Positions 36,187 through 45,642 are shown, numbered from the stretch's first letter. The stretch is DNA of 64,000 nt from a virus (IMGVR_UViG_3300017780_001544:2497-66496); one strand, 5' to 3'. Numbers and translations: made by a program. Notes: generated by a model from the sequence alone, not told the origin.

Positions 36187-36624
36187 TTACCCGCGACTGA
36201 TGCCACGGGGGTCTTCCACGACGCCTTCGACCGAGTCATCATTGATGAGACGGAACTCACGGCCATGAATTTTTACACGACTACCTGCGTGCGGGCGGGT
36301 GAGCACAAAGTCACCTTCCTTACACCAAGGGCCTGATGGGAACTTACGTTCGTCGGCATAAGCGTCGGGACCGAGTTTGACGACGAATAGTACCGGTGTG
36401 GTAAGCTCCTCGAACTTCTTGGTCTCGTCGGCCTTGATGATGCCGCCAAAGGTTTTTTCTTCCACTTCAGGGATAGCGCACAGGATGCGATAGCCGGAAG
36501 GTGCTGGAAGCTGGGTGGCCCGGTCCTCAACCGGCACTTCCGGTTCGGCGGGGGTACTTACAATAGGTTTACCATCGAGGTTAACGAGCGCGGGTTTGGC
36601 CGCACCAATAATCTCAGTCATCAT
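36187..36624 (-). CDS. groES: GroES/Cpn10-like co-chaperonin, ~145 aa
   Basis: PSGYRILC..EEKTFGGII...VVKLGPDAY...CKEGDFVL...GREFRLINDDSVEGVV. Start moved to the ATGATG overlapping the upstream stop. Confidence 0.85.
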   Translation of the reverse strand: MMTEIIGAAKPALVNLDGKPIVSTPAEPEVPVEDRATQLPAPSGYRILCAIPEVEEKTFGGIIKADETKKFEELTTPVLFVVKLGPDAYADERKFPSGPWCKEGDFVLTRPHAGSRVKIHGREFRLINDDSVEGVVEDPRGISRG

Positions 36625-36808
36625 CTTGTTCCATTCGTTGCGCGGTTTCTGCGATAAGGTTATTCGCCACCAGCAAACCACGATAAATGCCGCAGGCGTA
36701 CTTATAGGCACCGTAGTCGGCAGCATTGCCCATGGCCATGTCCGCTTCGATAACCCTAAGTTCTTCTTGCACCTTGTTTGAGAGGTGCCTTAACAGGTCG
36801 ATACTCAT
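36614..36808 (-). CDS. Small conserved protein, 64 aa
   Basis: Coupled to the portal stop. DYGAYKYACGIYRGL motif. Confidence 0.65.
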   Translation of the reverse strand: MSIDLLRHLSNKVQEELRVIEADMAMGNAADYGAYKYACGIYRGLLVANNLIAETAQRMEQDDD

Positions 36809-39321
36809 TATTGTTCCTCAGTTGTCTCGGGGGTAGGGGCGCTAGCTTCGTTTAGCTGACGCACGTTCTCCATCTGGTTACGAGCTACCTCGATACCCAT
36901 ACGAAGCCCTGCTTCCTGCTGTTTGGCTGACAGGTTGGCCTTATCGGTCGCCATCTTGGCACCAACCTGCATCCCCGCGATCTCAGCCTGAGCCGCGATA
37001 CGCTTCTCTTCGAGTTCAAGACGATCCTGCTTCTCAGCGGCATCAACTTGCATCTTCTGCTTCTTGAGTTCGAGTTCGCCCTTCTTGATCTCCAGTTCCT
37101 GCTGCTGCATCTGGACGATTGGGTCCTGAGCCGCCTGCTGGTTCTGTTGAGCCTGAGCCTCGGATTGGTTCTTCTGGAGAAGCTGTTGAGCCGCTGCAGC
37201 CGCAAGACGGGAAATCTGAAGCTCGACGTCGGGTGACATCTCAGCATTGACTGGAGGCAGCGGTACACCGGCCTGCTCTTCAATCTGCTTACGGTACGCG
37301 AACGCCAAGTGCTCGTTAATGTGGGCCATCATTGCAGCCTGCATCGCTTGCGCATTGGGGTTCTGGCCCAACAACTGCGCAATCTTGGGGTCCTGCATCG
37401 CGGACATATGGACCGTGATATGTGCCTCATGGTCCTGATAGATGAACGCCTTAACCGGCTTGCCGTTGATGACATCCATGTTTTCGGACACGGGGTCACG
37501 CGGCTTCATATCCTCATCATCCTTCAACGGGATGAGCTTCTGGGCGTTCTTGATACCCAGTACGTCCAGCATCTGACGGTGCAGATACGGCATGTCGTAA
37601 ATCTGTGGAGCGCCCTGTGCAAGCTGCAGAACTGCTTGATATTGCACAATTTTCTGCGCCATTGTCGCAGCGTTAGGGTCGCTAACAGGGATGACCGTGA
37701 CCATGTCATAGTCGCCCTGCTTGGCCTTACGTCCACCTTCTTCCGGTTCGTAGCTGTACGTCGATGGCGTATAGTCGCGGATGATACCCTTGAGGAGCTT
37801 GAACTCCTGCTTCATCGAGTAGTGGATGCGTGCCTGAACCGCCGACATCGTCTTGAGCGTACGCTCAAGGATGGCCAGCGTCGTGCCCACCGGAGCATTA
37901 GCTGACATATCGCTAACCTGCAGGTCAGCAGCGCCAGCGAAGCGACGGCCTTCTTCAACGATGGTGTTGAGGAGCGAATAAAGGACCTGTGACGGCTCTT
38001 TGTAAGGCAATGGCATGATGTTATCACGCATTGTCCCCGAAGCTACGTCTACATCACGCCATTCAGCAGGGGCAATAGGTGTATCATCGCCCTTGACGCG
38101 TAGTCCCTTAGTTTTGAAGCCACCCGGGAGGTTAGATAGAGTACCAGCATCAACAAGCTGACGAATAAGGCTGGTACCAGACTTAGCAAAAGCACCGATA
38201 AGGTGAATAAGGCCAAAAGCGTAGAAGCCAAAGCCCGGAATGTACGCATAATGTACGAAATGGTTGCGTTTCTTTTTAAGTTCATCGTCGGGGTTCCAGT
38301 TACGACGGATGGCGAGGATCGTGCTTGTGCCCTTCTCGATGGTCACAATGTAAGGGACAGCGATGTCCGCTGCAGTCTCTTCCTTGGTGAACTTGTCGTC
38401 AGGCAGTACCAAGTCAACCTGCATCTCAAGCAGCTTGTACCGGTCGTCTGTCGATGCACGGAAGCCCATCTTCTCAGCGATAGCCTTCTCGATCTCATCG
38501 AGGCTATCTGTAGGCTCTTCAAGCTCGACATCGCAGTAAAACCCAGCGGCCTGCAGCTTGGCCATCTCGTTCGGGGTTTTCCGCATCACATGGGTGACGC
38601 GCCCAGAGACTTCCAAACTGGACGCGCCATAAGGTACAACGACGTCCTCGGCGGGTACGTACATTGATGCCTGACGACCGAGTGATGGGTCGTAGTACAC
38701 CTTCTTGAACGCGTTTCCTGCAAGGCCCAACCCCCACAGCATCCGCTCATGTTCAGGGCGATACTCGACCATCACATCGGTCAACTGGTAGTTCATATCG
38801 TCTTGGACGCGCCGAGCAGCATCTTTCTTCTCAGGCGTTTCCTTACCGATAATCTCCGTCTTCACCGGCCCTGCAGCCGGGAACGTCTCCATCATGGTCT
38901 CCGCTTGGAACTTAACCAAGGCTTCCGACAACATCGGGTGGTAGATGCCACAAGCACCGGGCCATGGCTCAGTGCGGTCATCAATCTTCATACCGAGCAG
39001 GTCGAGACCGTCTACGTAGGTCTGCATCCAATCCTTACGCGACGAAATGTCCTCCTCGAACTCACCAATAAGGTCGCCAGCAAGCTCTGTAAGCTGCCCC
39101 TCATCGAGCTTTTCGGCCAAGTTCTCGTTGAACTCGTCCTCATCGACCTCATCAGGGTCGATCTCAAGCTCCATGTCGCCTGTGCGGATCGAGACGCTTT
39201 CGGGGTCTTCGATTTCAATCTCGATGCCCTCATCCGAGGTGTTTACACCCCGCATAACGCCTGAAGAAAGTGTACTATCTAGCCCCACAGGGGCTTGGTT
39301 AAGAGCTTTATCAATCGCCAT
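36808..39321 (-). CDS. Portal protein with long C-terminal barrel (P22-like), 837 aa
   Basis: SRKDWMQTYVDGLDLLG, EPWPGACG..HPML, GFYAFGLIHLIG, RQLVDAGTLSNLPGGFK, Gln-rich coiled-coil C-terminus. Follows TerL. Confidence 0.92.
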   Translation of the reverse strand: MAIDKALNQAPVGLDSTLSSGVMRGVNTSDEGIEIEIEDPESVSIRTGDMELEIDPDEVDEDEFNENLAEKLDEGQLTELAGDLIGEFEEDISSRKDWMQTYVDGLDLLGMKIDDRTEPWPGACGIYHPMLSEALVKFQAETMMETFPAAGPVKTEIIGKETPEKKDAARRVQDDMNYQLTDVMVEYRPEHERMLWGLGLAGNAFKKVYYDPSLGRQASMYVPAEDVVVPYGASSLEVSGRVTHVMRKTPNEMAKLQAAGFYCDVELEEPTDSLDEIEKAIAEKMGFRASTDDRYKLLEMQVDLVLPDDKFTKEETAADIAVPYIVTIEKGTSTILAIRRNWNPDDELKKKRNHFVHYAYIPGFGFYAFGLIHLIGAFAKSGTSLIRQLVDAGTLSNLPGGFKTKGLRVKGDDTPIAPAEWRDVDVASGTMRDNIMPLPYKEPSQVLYSLLNTIVEEGRRFAGAADLQVSDMSANAPVGTTLAILERTLKTMSAVQARIHYSMKQEFKLLKGIIRDYTPSTYSYEPEEGGRKAKQGDYDMVTVIPVSDPNAATMAQKIVQYQAVLQLAQGAPQIYDMPYLHRQMLDVLGIKNAQKLIPLKDDEDMKPRDPVSENMDVINGKPVKAFIYQDHEAHITVHMSAMQDPKIAQLLGQNPNAQAMQAAMMAHINEHLAFAYRKQIEEQAGVPLPPVNAEMSPDVELQISRLAAAAAQQLLQKNQSEAQAQQNQQAAQDPIVQMQQQELEIKKGELELKKQKMQVDAAEKQDRLELEEKRIAAQAEIAGMQVGAKMATDKANLSAKQQEAGLRMGIEVARNQMENVRQLNEASAPTPETTEEQ

Positions 39322-40844
39322 CAGTAATATCCTTGGTGCCTACGGCTCTTAAAGTACACAATATCATCCGGTTCGTCGAGATTAGTTGTGATGTAACCAC
39401 CTTGCCTAAAACGCATTAGGGCTAAGGACGTACTATCGACAAAGTCATCGTGTTCGCCGCCGGGGAAAGACGCCACTTCTTCAATCACTTCTTCGGCCCA
39501 GTGAGTAGCAGGTGCCCACACCCGTCCAGACGCAAACAAGTCGCTCACAGCGTTCAAACGGCTGATCTTGTCGTTCCCACGGCTCGGAGTGAACTCCTGC
39601 ACCGGTATCCCCATGGCCCGCATCTCGTAAATCAAAGGCGCACCTGAAGCCTTCTTCTCGATTATCACGCTGTCCGGTTGCCATTCTTTCCACTCATCAA
39701 CTGCTGTTCGCTTTAGCTTCGGGAACTCCATTCGCTCTCGAAATGCGTTGAGGAGGATAATGTTAGCTTGGTCAAGGCCGTTATCGTCGGGCTGATAGAA
39801 CACACCCCACGTTGTAAGCGCTGAATAGTCGGCACGCTGTGTCTTCTCGAAAGCCGTATCCCAGCTTTGTAAGACAAATTCGCACGTTGGAGGGACGTCG
39901 CTGTCCCAAATCTGCCACCACTCACGCTTAATAATAGCGGAGGTGTCGGATGTCGGGGCCTGCTGGTACTGCGCCTGCCATTTTGAGTTCGGAAGTTCCG
40001 TACGAAGGGCCGAAAGCTCCTCCATGGACCAAAATTCAGGCCAAAGTGGGTTGCCAGAGGGCAAAATCGCTGGAAATTCGATGACTTCCCACCCGTCGCC
40101 GCCGCGCTGAGCTTCGCTCTTAAGCACCTGCCCCGTGAGGTCGCGCTTCGACCACCGCGTCATAACAATGACGATGGCACCACCCGGCTGCAGACGCTGA
40201 CGAGGTCCAGAAGTGTACCATTCGTACGTCTTATCGTAGATGTCAGGGTTAATTTCGGCCAGCGCCGCTTCCTGCTCGGAGTGCGGATCGTCGATGATGA
40301 GCACATCAGCGCCCTTACCGGTCACGGCACCGCCGATACCGATAGCAAAGTAATCCCCGCCCTTACTTGTGTTCCATCGGCCAGCCGCCTTGGAGTCCGA
40401 GGCCAGAACAAGGTCGGGGAAAATGTTACGATACACATCGGTATCTACAAGGTTACGAACCTTACGTCCGAAGCCAACGGCCAACTCTGCCGTATGGGAC
40501 GCCTGAATGACTTTTTTGTGGGGAAACTTCCCGAGGAACCACGCAGGGAGCAGGTAGGAGGCAAACTCACTCTTAGTGTGACGAGGCGGCATGTTGATGA
40601 TGAGGCGTTTGCACTCACCCCTTGCAACGCGCTCGAACGCATCAGCCATGCGCGCATGGTGCCGTCCTCCGATGAATGTTGGCCAGACCTGCCCCACGAA
40701 GGCGAGGAACTTGTCCTGCGCCAGCTTCTTACCCTTAAGCTCCTGAAGCTTCTCAAGCTGGGCTAACAGTAGCTCCTGCTCTGTTATGGACAAAGAAGGT
40801 AAGATACCGGGTATATCCTGTAACGAGATGTCAGTTAGCATCAT
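39321..40844 (-). CDS. terL: Terminase large subunit, 507 aa
   Basis: IINMPPRHTKSE (Walker A), LIIDDPHSE (Walker B), VMTRW coupling motif, nuclease QSWDTAF...ADYSA and HDDFVDS. Confidence 0.95.
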   Translation of the reverse strand: MMLTDISLQDIPGILPSLSITEQELLLAQLEKLQELKGKKLAQDKFLAFVGQVWPTFIGGRHHARMADAFERVARGECKRLIINMPPRHTKSEFASYLLPAWFLGKFPHKKVIQASHTAELAVGFGRKVRNLVDTDVYRNIFPDLVLASDSKAAGRWNTSKGGDYFAIGIGGAVTGKGADVLIIDDPHSEQEAALAEINPDIYDKTYEWYTSGPRQRLQPGGAIVIVMTRWSKRDLTGQVLKSEAQRGGDGWEVIEFPAILPSGNPLWPEFWSMEELSALRTELPNSKWQAQYQQAPTSDTSAIIKREWWQIWDSDVPPTCEFVLQSWDTAFEKTQRADYSALTTWGVFYQPDDNGLDQANIILLNAFRERMEFPKLKRTAVDEWKEWQPDSVIIEKKASGAPLIYEMRAMGIPVQEFTPSRGNDKISRLNAVSDLFASGRVWAPATHWAEEVIEEVASFPGGEHDDFVDSTSLALMRFRQGGYITTNLDEPDDIVYFKSRRHQGYY

Positions 40845-41421
40845 CGTCCTCTTCGTCGGGCATCTCTGCGATGCCTAGCTCTTCGTCTAGGTCGCGGCCC
40901 AGCGGGGTGACGTCGATAATGTCCGCGTTCAGCAGGCGCTTCACGCGCTCCTTGATGGCGTTCTCAAGCTCTTCGGGGTTCTTGTAGTTGATCGTAATCT
41001 CTGACTTGTTCGTGAACAAGCCAATGTCTGAGTGCTTACCGAGCAGTTCGAGAGCCTTAAGCTCGTACTTGGTCTCACCACAGTTGGCGATTTCCATGAG
41101 TTTATGGGTAATGGCGGCACGCGCTTGGTTCGCATCCACACCCATCGTCTGTCCGTAGGTGCGCAGGAAGGCAGCAGCAGCGTAAGCCGTGTTGATCTTG
41201 GTCAGGGGTTCTTTGTCTTGGTTCTTAACAACCGCTTCGAGGAGCTTCTTCTCACGCTCGAAGTCTTCAGGAGCTACTTCAATAGGGGCACCAAGGTGTG
41301 CCATAAGCTCTGCGGTGCCGCCCGCTACTACCAGTTCATCAGCGAAGCTCGCGGTTTCCTCATCAGCCCAATCGTATGGGATTGGAAACTCGTCGGTGGC
41401 TTCAACTTTTAGAATAGGCAT
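40831..41421 (-). CDS. Putative terminase small subunit, 196 aa
   Basis: First late gene, overlaps the TerL start, RAAITHKLMEIA...ELKALELLGKHSDIGLF motif. Start moved to MPILKVE. Confidence 0.6.
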   Translation of the reverse strand: MPILKVEATDEFPIPYDWADEETASFADELVVAGGTAELMAHLGAPIEVAPEDFEREKKLLEAVVKNQDKEPLTKINTAYAAAAFLRTYGQTMGVDANQARAAITHKLMEIANCGETKYELKALELLGKHSDIGLFTNKSEITINYKNPEELENAIKERVKRLLNADIIDVTPLGRDLDEELGIAEMPDEEDDDAN

Positions 41422-41456
41422 GTGGCGCAGCGTCCGGTTTGAGGGAGCAGAACTTG

Positions 41457-41486
41457 CACATACCCCCCTACCTGTAAGCATGTCAA
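41457..41486 (-). promoter_or_regulatory. Candidate late-operon sigma70-type promoter
   Basis: TTGACA (41486-41481), 18-nt spacer, TATGTG, 36 nt upstream of the TerS-like start. Confidence 0.35.
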
Positions 41487-41654
41487 GGTACCATTGACGG
41501 GGGGTCTCCCTGTGTACGAAGTGGCCGCGATCCGCAGGATAAATGTAAGGGGGTGGGGGGGGCAAACTCGGGGAAACGTGATCGACTGTGCAAAACAGTA
41601 TGTATAGGCGAATGGGACTCCAATGCCCCTGACAGCGGGGGTGGCCCTAGGGTG

Positions 41655-41713
41655 GGGAACAAACGTGGAACAAACGACACCCTCCCCCCTAATTGCGGAA
41701 CAAACGTGGAACA
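41655..41713 (+). repeat. Direct repeat GGAACAAACGTGGAACA (2 copies) in the inter-arm gap
   Basis: Copies at ~41655-41671 and ~41697-41713. Confidence 0.7.
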
Positions 41714-41790
41714 TGGGCTAACATTGTTAGTTTTTCCTTGCATAACACGGAAAAACATGGTCTTATTCAATCATCGAGACGGAGACGCCG

Positions 41791-41840
41791 CCTCGACCAA
41801 CCAAGTCCACACTGGATAGCGTGGCATATAGAAGGAATAA
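41791..41840 (+). promoter_or_regulatory. Candidate early promoter P0
   Basis: TCGACCA...TCCACA-N15-TATAGAAGGAATAAT, same layout as P1 and P2 but with a weaker -35. Confidence 0.4.
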
Positions 41841-41844
41841 TATC

Positions 41845-42390
41845 ATGATTGCATCGACCGTTGTTGAAGGTATCGACCTTAACGTAGCAGACGTAACCCT
41901 TGGCTCTATCCTTGCCGATATGATTGAGGCAAGCAAGCAAGCCTACGGTTCACATATCCGCATAGCCGCCAAGTTCAATGACATGCTGCCCTTCGCTTGG
42001 TATGACATGTCACCGACTGAAAAGAGCGAGGACGCCAAGGCGTTCAAGGTTGTCAAGACCGACCTCTATACGGCGCTCAAGACCGCTGGCCATAGCAACC
42101 CTAGCGTTCCGTTCAAGCGTATCTGTGACTATGGCCGCAACCTTGCCAATGGCTTGGCACCTAGTGGCAAGACGACTATCGACGGGGTTCCCGTTGAGGG
42201 TGAAGGCGAGTCGGACGGTGCGGCTCCCGCTCCACGCTCCGCCATGCTCCGCAATGTCGAAGAGCTGACCGCGCTGTGGAAGTTCAACGATAAGCAGGAC
42301 GCCCTGCCTGCCAAGGTCAAGGCCGCTCAAGTTCACATCGAGGCCGCGCTCAAGGCCCTTGGTCTGGACGTTGCGACTATCGCAAAGTGA
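41845..42390 (+). CDS. First early hypothetical protein, 181 aa
   Basis: AAGGA RBS before ATG 41845, phage-like codon usage. Confidence 0.7.
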   Translation: MIASTVVEGIDLNVADVTLGSILADMIEASKQAYGSHIRIAAKFNDMLPFAWYDMSPTEKSEDAKAFKVVKTDLYTALKTAGHSNPSVPFKRICDYGRNLANGLAPSGKTTIDGVPVEGEGESDGAAPAPRSAMLRNVEELTALWKFNDKQDALPAKVKAAQVHIEAALKALGLDVATIAK

Positions 42391-42447
42391 GTAACGGGGA
42401 GAGCCTAACAATGTTAGGCTCTCCACCTAATCAAGAAGGGATAAGAT

Positions 42448-42540
42448 ATGACCGACATGCAGTGGAACCTAGTTATTCGTTTGGGCCTGTTCGCCCTGAT
42501 TGTAATCACCGCCAACATCTACGCAGCAATGGGAGCCTAA
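42448..42540 (+). CDS. 30-aa hydrophobic peptide (MTDMQWNLVIRLGLFALIVITANIYAAMGA)
   Basis: GAAGGGA RBS, single TM-like helix, stop lies inside a palindrome half-site. Confidence 0.5.
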   Translation: MTDMQWNLVIRLGLFALIVITANIYAAMGA

Positions 42541-42543
42541 CAC

Positions 42544-42645
42544 ATGACCCGCATCAAGCTCGCCTTCCGCATAGCGACCTACCTGTTTGGATATGCCGCT
42601 TTCCTCATTCTGTTCTGGGCTGTGATGGTGATAACTCCGGCCTAA
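42544..42645 (+). CDS. 33-aa hydrophobic peptide (MTRIKLAFRIATYLFGYAAFLILFWAVMVITPA)
   Basis: GGGAG RBS, single TM-like helix, stop lies inside a palindrome. Confidence 0.5.
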   Translation: MTRIKLAFRIATYLFGYAAFLILFWAVMVITPA

Positions 42646-42671
42646 CAATGTTAGCCCCGCCGCCTTGCGAA

Positions 42672-42701
42672 CCCCATGCACGAAGTGCATGGGGCTTTTT
42701 T
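42672..42701 (+). terminator. Rho-independent terminator of the first early unit
   Basis: 10-bp stem CCCCATGCAC/GTGCATGGGG with GAA loop, then CTTTTTT. Confidence 0.85.
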
Positions 42702-43089
42702 GTGCCTAAGTCAAGCCACCTTTATGATAGTTCCGTAGGCATAAGGTGTGGGCGGATGGCAGATGTTAAAAAGTTAAAATGTCGGGTTGGCGTTTGTAAA
42801 ACTTACAATGGCGCATTTCTGCGGGTTGTAAGTAATGTTATATTGTAAGGCCATTTTTCAACTACGACCGGAATTTGGAGAGCGTTTGGCCCTCTCCGCA
42901 AGTGCGGCACATCACCATCGAAAAGAACCGGTTATACTTTTATTTTCTATTAACATTATAACAATACAATACAACAACACAAAAACCCCAGCATTTTCTA
43001 GGCTCTCCGACCATTTCCATTGTAAACTAAAATCTTAACATCCGTCTTACAAAACCCCAAATTCCCTTACATCACCAGATTGCCTCTTG

Positions 43090-43146
43090 GTCGCACCTCA
43101 ACCAGTATCGCTTGACATGGGCGCATCCATGTTATACAAGGTTAAT
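43090..43146 (+). promoter_or_regulatory. Early promoter P1
   Basis: GGTCgcACCTCaACCAG-N6-TTGACA(43112)-N15-TATACAAGGtTAAT. Confidence 0.65.
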
Positions 43147-43217
43147 CAGGCAGAGAAAACCTCCCTGCTCACACCCAAGCCCACGCCGGATGGCATGGCA
43201 AACAGAAAGACCTAACA

Positions 43218-43526
43218 ATGTTAGATAAGCAAATCGACCTCGAAGAATACATCGCCTACCTCGATGACCAAGCATCCCGTCATGCTTACGAGCGCAACCT
43301 CGAAGCTCCCGCTTCCGTGCCTTACCAAATCATCGCCTACCCCACGATGACCACCCGCACCATCATCGACACCTTCCCCAACTATGCAGCAGCCAAGCTC
43401 GCAGCAGAAGACCGCTACCCCATCGCTTACTATGAGCAAGACACTGACGTTGCATATGTAGCCGCTGACTTCATCACCGAGCATGGCGCTATCTATAGCA
43501 TCGAGCCAGCCAAGGGAGAGAAGTAA
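43218..43526 (+). CDS. Early hypothetical protein, 102 aa
   Basis: ATG lies within a palindrome copy. TAATG coupling to the next gene. Confidence 0.7.
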   Translation: MLDKQIDLEEYIAYLDDQASRHAYERNLEAPASVPYQIIAYPTMTTRTIIDTFPNYAAAKLAAEDRYPIAYYEQDTDVAYVAADFITEHGAIYSIEPAKGEK

Positions 43527-43924
43527 TGGGCTATCGTTCAGACATTCGGGTTGTGTTCTATCTAACCGAAGGGACACACGAAGAACGACAACCCCCGCTT
43601 CCGTTCGCTGCGCTCAAGCTGTGGTTCGAGGAGACTTATCCTGTGCAGGTAGCCAAGGACGAGTGGTGCGTCGAGATTACCTACGGCGATGACTACATCA
43701 TGTGCGCTTACACCGATGTGAAATGGTATTCCGGCTACGAACATCCTAACAATGTTAGCGAAGCCTTTGAGAAGTTCAGCGCAGCGTTCCGCAGTGACGA
43801 GCGTGACCATCGTGCCCAGTATGAGTTCGTGCGTGTCGGAGAGGATGCCGATGACATCGAGACGGACCGTAGCAGCTATGCAGACCACCGACTTGGCGTC
43901 GAGCGCAGCATCATTTTTGAGTGA
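43526..43924 (+). CDS. Early hypothetical protein, 132 aa
   Basis: MGYRSDI...DVKWYSGY...EFVRVGEDADDIE conserved-looking phage family. Carries an internal palindrome. Confidence 0.75.
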   Translation: MGYRSDIRVVFYLTEGTHEERQPPLPFAALKLWFEETYPVQVAKDEWCVEITYGDDYIMCAYTDVKWYSGYEHPNNVSEAFEKFSAAFRSDERDHRAQYEFVRVGEDADDIETDRSSYADHRLGVERSIIFE

Positions 43925-44193
43925 AGGAGAAGATAGTGAACATAAGCATACAACACAAAAACACCGACTACTACGCTAAGCACTACGCCCAACTTGGCGG
44001 GCTGACCGTCATCAAGGTGCAGCTTGAGCCTGACGAGGAGGGCGGCGACCCGTGGCCCGTCCTGCTTATGGGCAGGGATGATGGCAACGGCGGTGTGGTT
44101 GACGATACCCTCATGTGGGTTGTCATCCAGCGTGACCCCGAAGGCAATGGCGCTGGCTTTGCAGCGATACACAAGATTGGAACAGGACAGTGA
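43921..44193 (+). CDS. Early hypothetical protein, 90 aa
   Basis: GTGA overlaps at both ends. VIQRDPEGNGAGF motif. Confidence 0.65.
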   Translation: MKEKIVNISIQHKNTDYYAKHYAQLGGLTVIKVQLEPDEEGGDPWPVLLMGRDDGNGGVVDDTLMWVVIQRDPEGNGAGFAAIHKIGTGQ

Positions 44194-44381
44194 ACCAAGA
44201 CGATAAAGCGGACCTCCGCGACCTACGTGACAACACCGCAGACAGCGAGGATAAGAAGCTGCTGCGCAAGACCCTCAACTATATCCATGCGCTCGAAGCC
44301 AAGCTCTTCGCGGTGCGAGTCCATGCAAAGTCCATCATCACCGAAGCCAGCGGCAAGGGCCGCGACCAAGAGGAAGACTAA
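44190..44381 (+). CDS. Early hypothetical protein, 63 aa
   Basis: Operon coupling. Stop lies inside a palindrome. Confidence 0.6.
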   Translation: MNQDDKADLRDLRDNTADSEDKKLLRKTLNYIHALEAKLFAVRVHAKSIITEASGKGRDQEED

Positions 44382-44383
44382 CA

Positions 44384-44572
44384 ATGTTAGACAAGCACGC
44401 AGACAGAGAGGCTATCCGCCTACTCAAGAAGGTGGAGCGGCTACGCCGAGAGCTACGCACACTTGAGCCACAACTCAACAAGGCTTGCATCGAATACGGC
44501 AAGCGGCGCGGGATGTCCCTGTTCCGTGAGTTTCACCTACGCAACGAGCTAGATAGAAAGGCATCAGCATGA
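44384..44572 (+). CDS. Early hypothetical protein, 62 aa
   Basis: ATG inside a palindrome, ATGA overlap with the next gene. Confidence 0.6.
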   Translation: MLDKHADREAIRLLKKVERLRRELRTLEPQLNKACIEYGKRRGMSLFREFHLRNELDRKASA

Positions 44573-44775
44573 AGAAAAACATCATCATTGGCGGCAAAGA
44601 CCGCAGCTACTACCGTGACATGTCGCACAACGCACTGCGCGAACAGGCAGACTACGGCATCGACGTTGATTGGAAGGAACTGGCTATCGCACTGACCGAG
44701 CGCCTCGATACCATCCGCGCCGAGGTCTACGAAGAGACGCGGGACATGTGCATGTGCGACTGCGCTTGTTACTAA
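44569..44775 (+). CDS. Early hypothetical protein, 68 aa
   Basis: Operon coupling. C-terminal CMCDCAC. Confidence 0.55.
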   Translation: MKKNIIIGGKDRSYYRDMSHNALREQADYGIDVDWKELAIALTERLDTIRAEVYEETRDMCMCDCACY

Positions 44776-44805
44776 TAACGCCCACCGGGGCTAATTAAAC
44801 CCACT

Positions 44806-45642
44806 ATGGCTACGGACGTAGCCACAACAAGGAGAACACTAGTGTCTTTTGGAGCAAACCCTAATGACGTTCGCGTCATGAAAACCTACGCGGATGCAGT
44901 CCGCTGGGAAAGTGAAGTCAAACCCATCCGTGGCCGTGCCGAAGAGTGCAAGCCGCTTGGTGCAAGGAACAAGAGCTACGCGAACATCCGCAAGGATGGC
45001 GACGACATCGTCGTGCGCCTCTACCGGACGGACATCGTGCGCTACAAGCCGGATGGAACTGTCATCGTAAGGCAGGGTGGCCATGAGAGCATGACCACGC
45101 GCAAATACCTCAACGCTATCTTGCCTATGTGGTTCGGTTCGCATCAGGGCAAGACGCACACGTATCGCGGGACAGATGACATAGGCTACCACATCCTACA
45201 TTCAACCGAGGACAACATCTTCAAGCAAACACCTAACAATGTTAGCTCGTCGCTCTACCACTTCGTCAACCCGCAGCCATGCGTCATCCATACCAAGAAC
45301 CGCGCCAAGGCTAAGGAAGTTCGTTCACGCTACGCGCCGTTCATCCGGTATGTGAAGAACATAACGAAGCTGATGGGTGGACGGATTGTGATTACGGAGA
45401 AACCAGCCCTCAACTACCACACTGCATCCTGCGTGCTGGACTTCGCCCTAAGCAAAGAGCCAGAGGACCAATACAAGGCGCTCGCATGGTTCGCTTGGGT
45501 TAATTGCTGGCGTGTAGGACGGGCCGATGTGCTTGCCCAGTTAGAGAACGCCCTCATGCGCCATCATCGTGACGAGATGTTCGACGCCCACATACTACCT
45601 CGCGGTGAGCTAAAGCTCGATAGGTTCAAAGGGATTTTCTAG
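44806..45642 (+). CDS. Early hypothetical protein, 278 aa
   Basis: Long ORF with KPIRGR...ECKPLGARNK...VRLYRTDIVRYKPDG. Internal palindrome. Confidence 0.75.
   Translation: MATDVATTRRTLVSFGANPNDVRVMKTYADAVRWESEVKPIRGRAEECKPLGARNKSYANIRKDGDDIVVRLYRTDIVRYKPDGTVIVRQGGHESMTTRKYLNAILPMWFGSHQGKTHTYRGTDDIGYHILHSTEDNIFKQTPNNVSSSLYHFVNPQPCVIHTKNRAKAKEVRSRYAPFIRYVKNITKLMGGRIVITEKPALNYHTASCVLDFALSKEPEDQYKALAWFAWVNCWRVGRADVLAQLENALMRHHRDEMFDAHILPRGELKLDRFKGIF

Noticed and set aside
41409-41819. ORFs of 88-101 aa across the inter-arm gap
   Set aside because: They overlap G tracts and repeats on both strands, lack an RBS and have no coding-like composition. The region is better read as regulatory or terminal.
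42387-43038. 153-aa and 67-aa plus-strand ORFs
   Set aside because: They run through a terminator and the AT-rich repeat gap. Two short TM ORFs with RBSs explain the coding part better.
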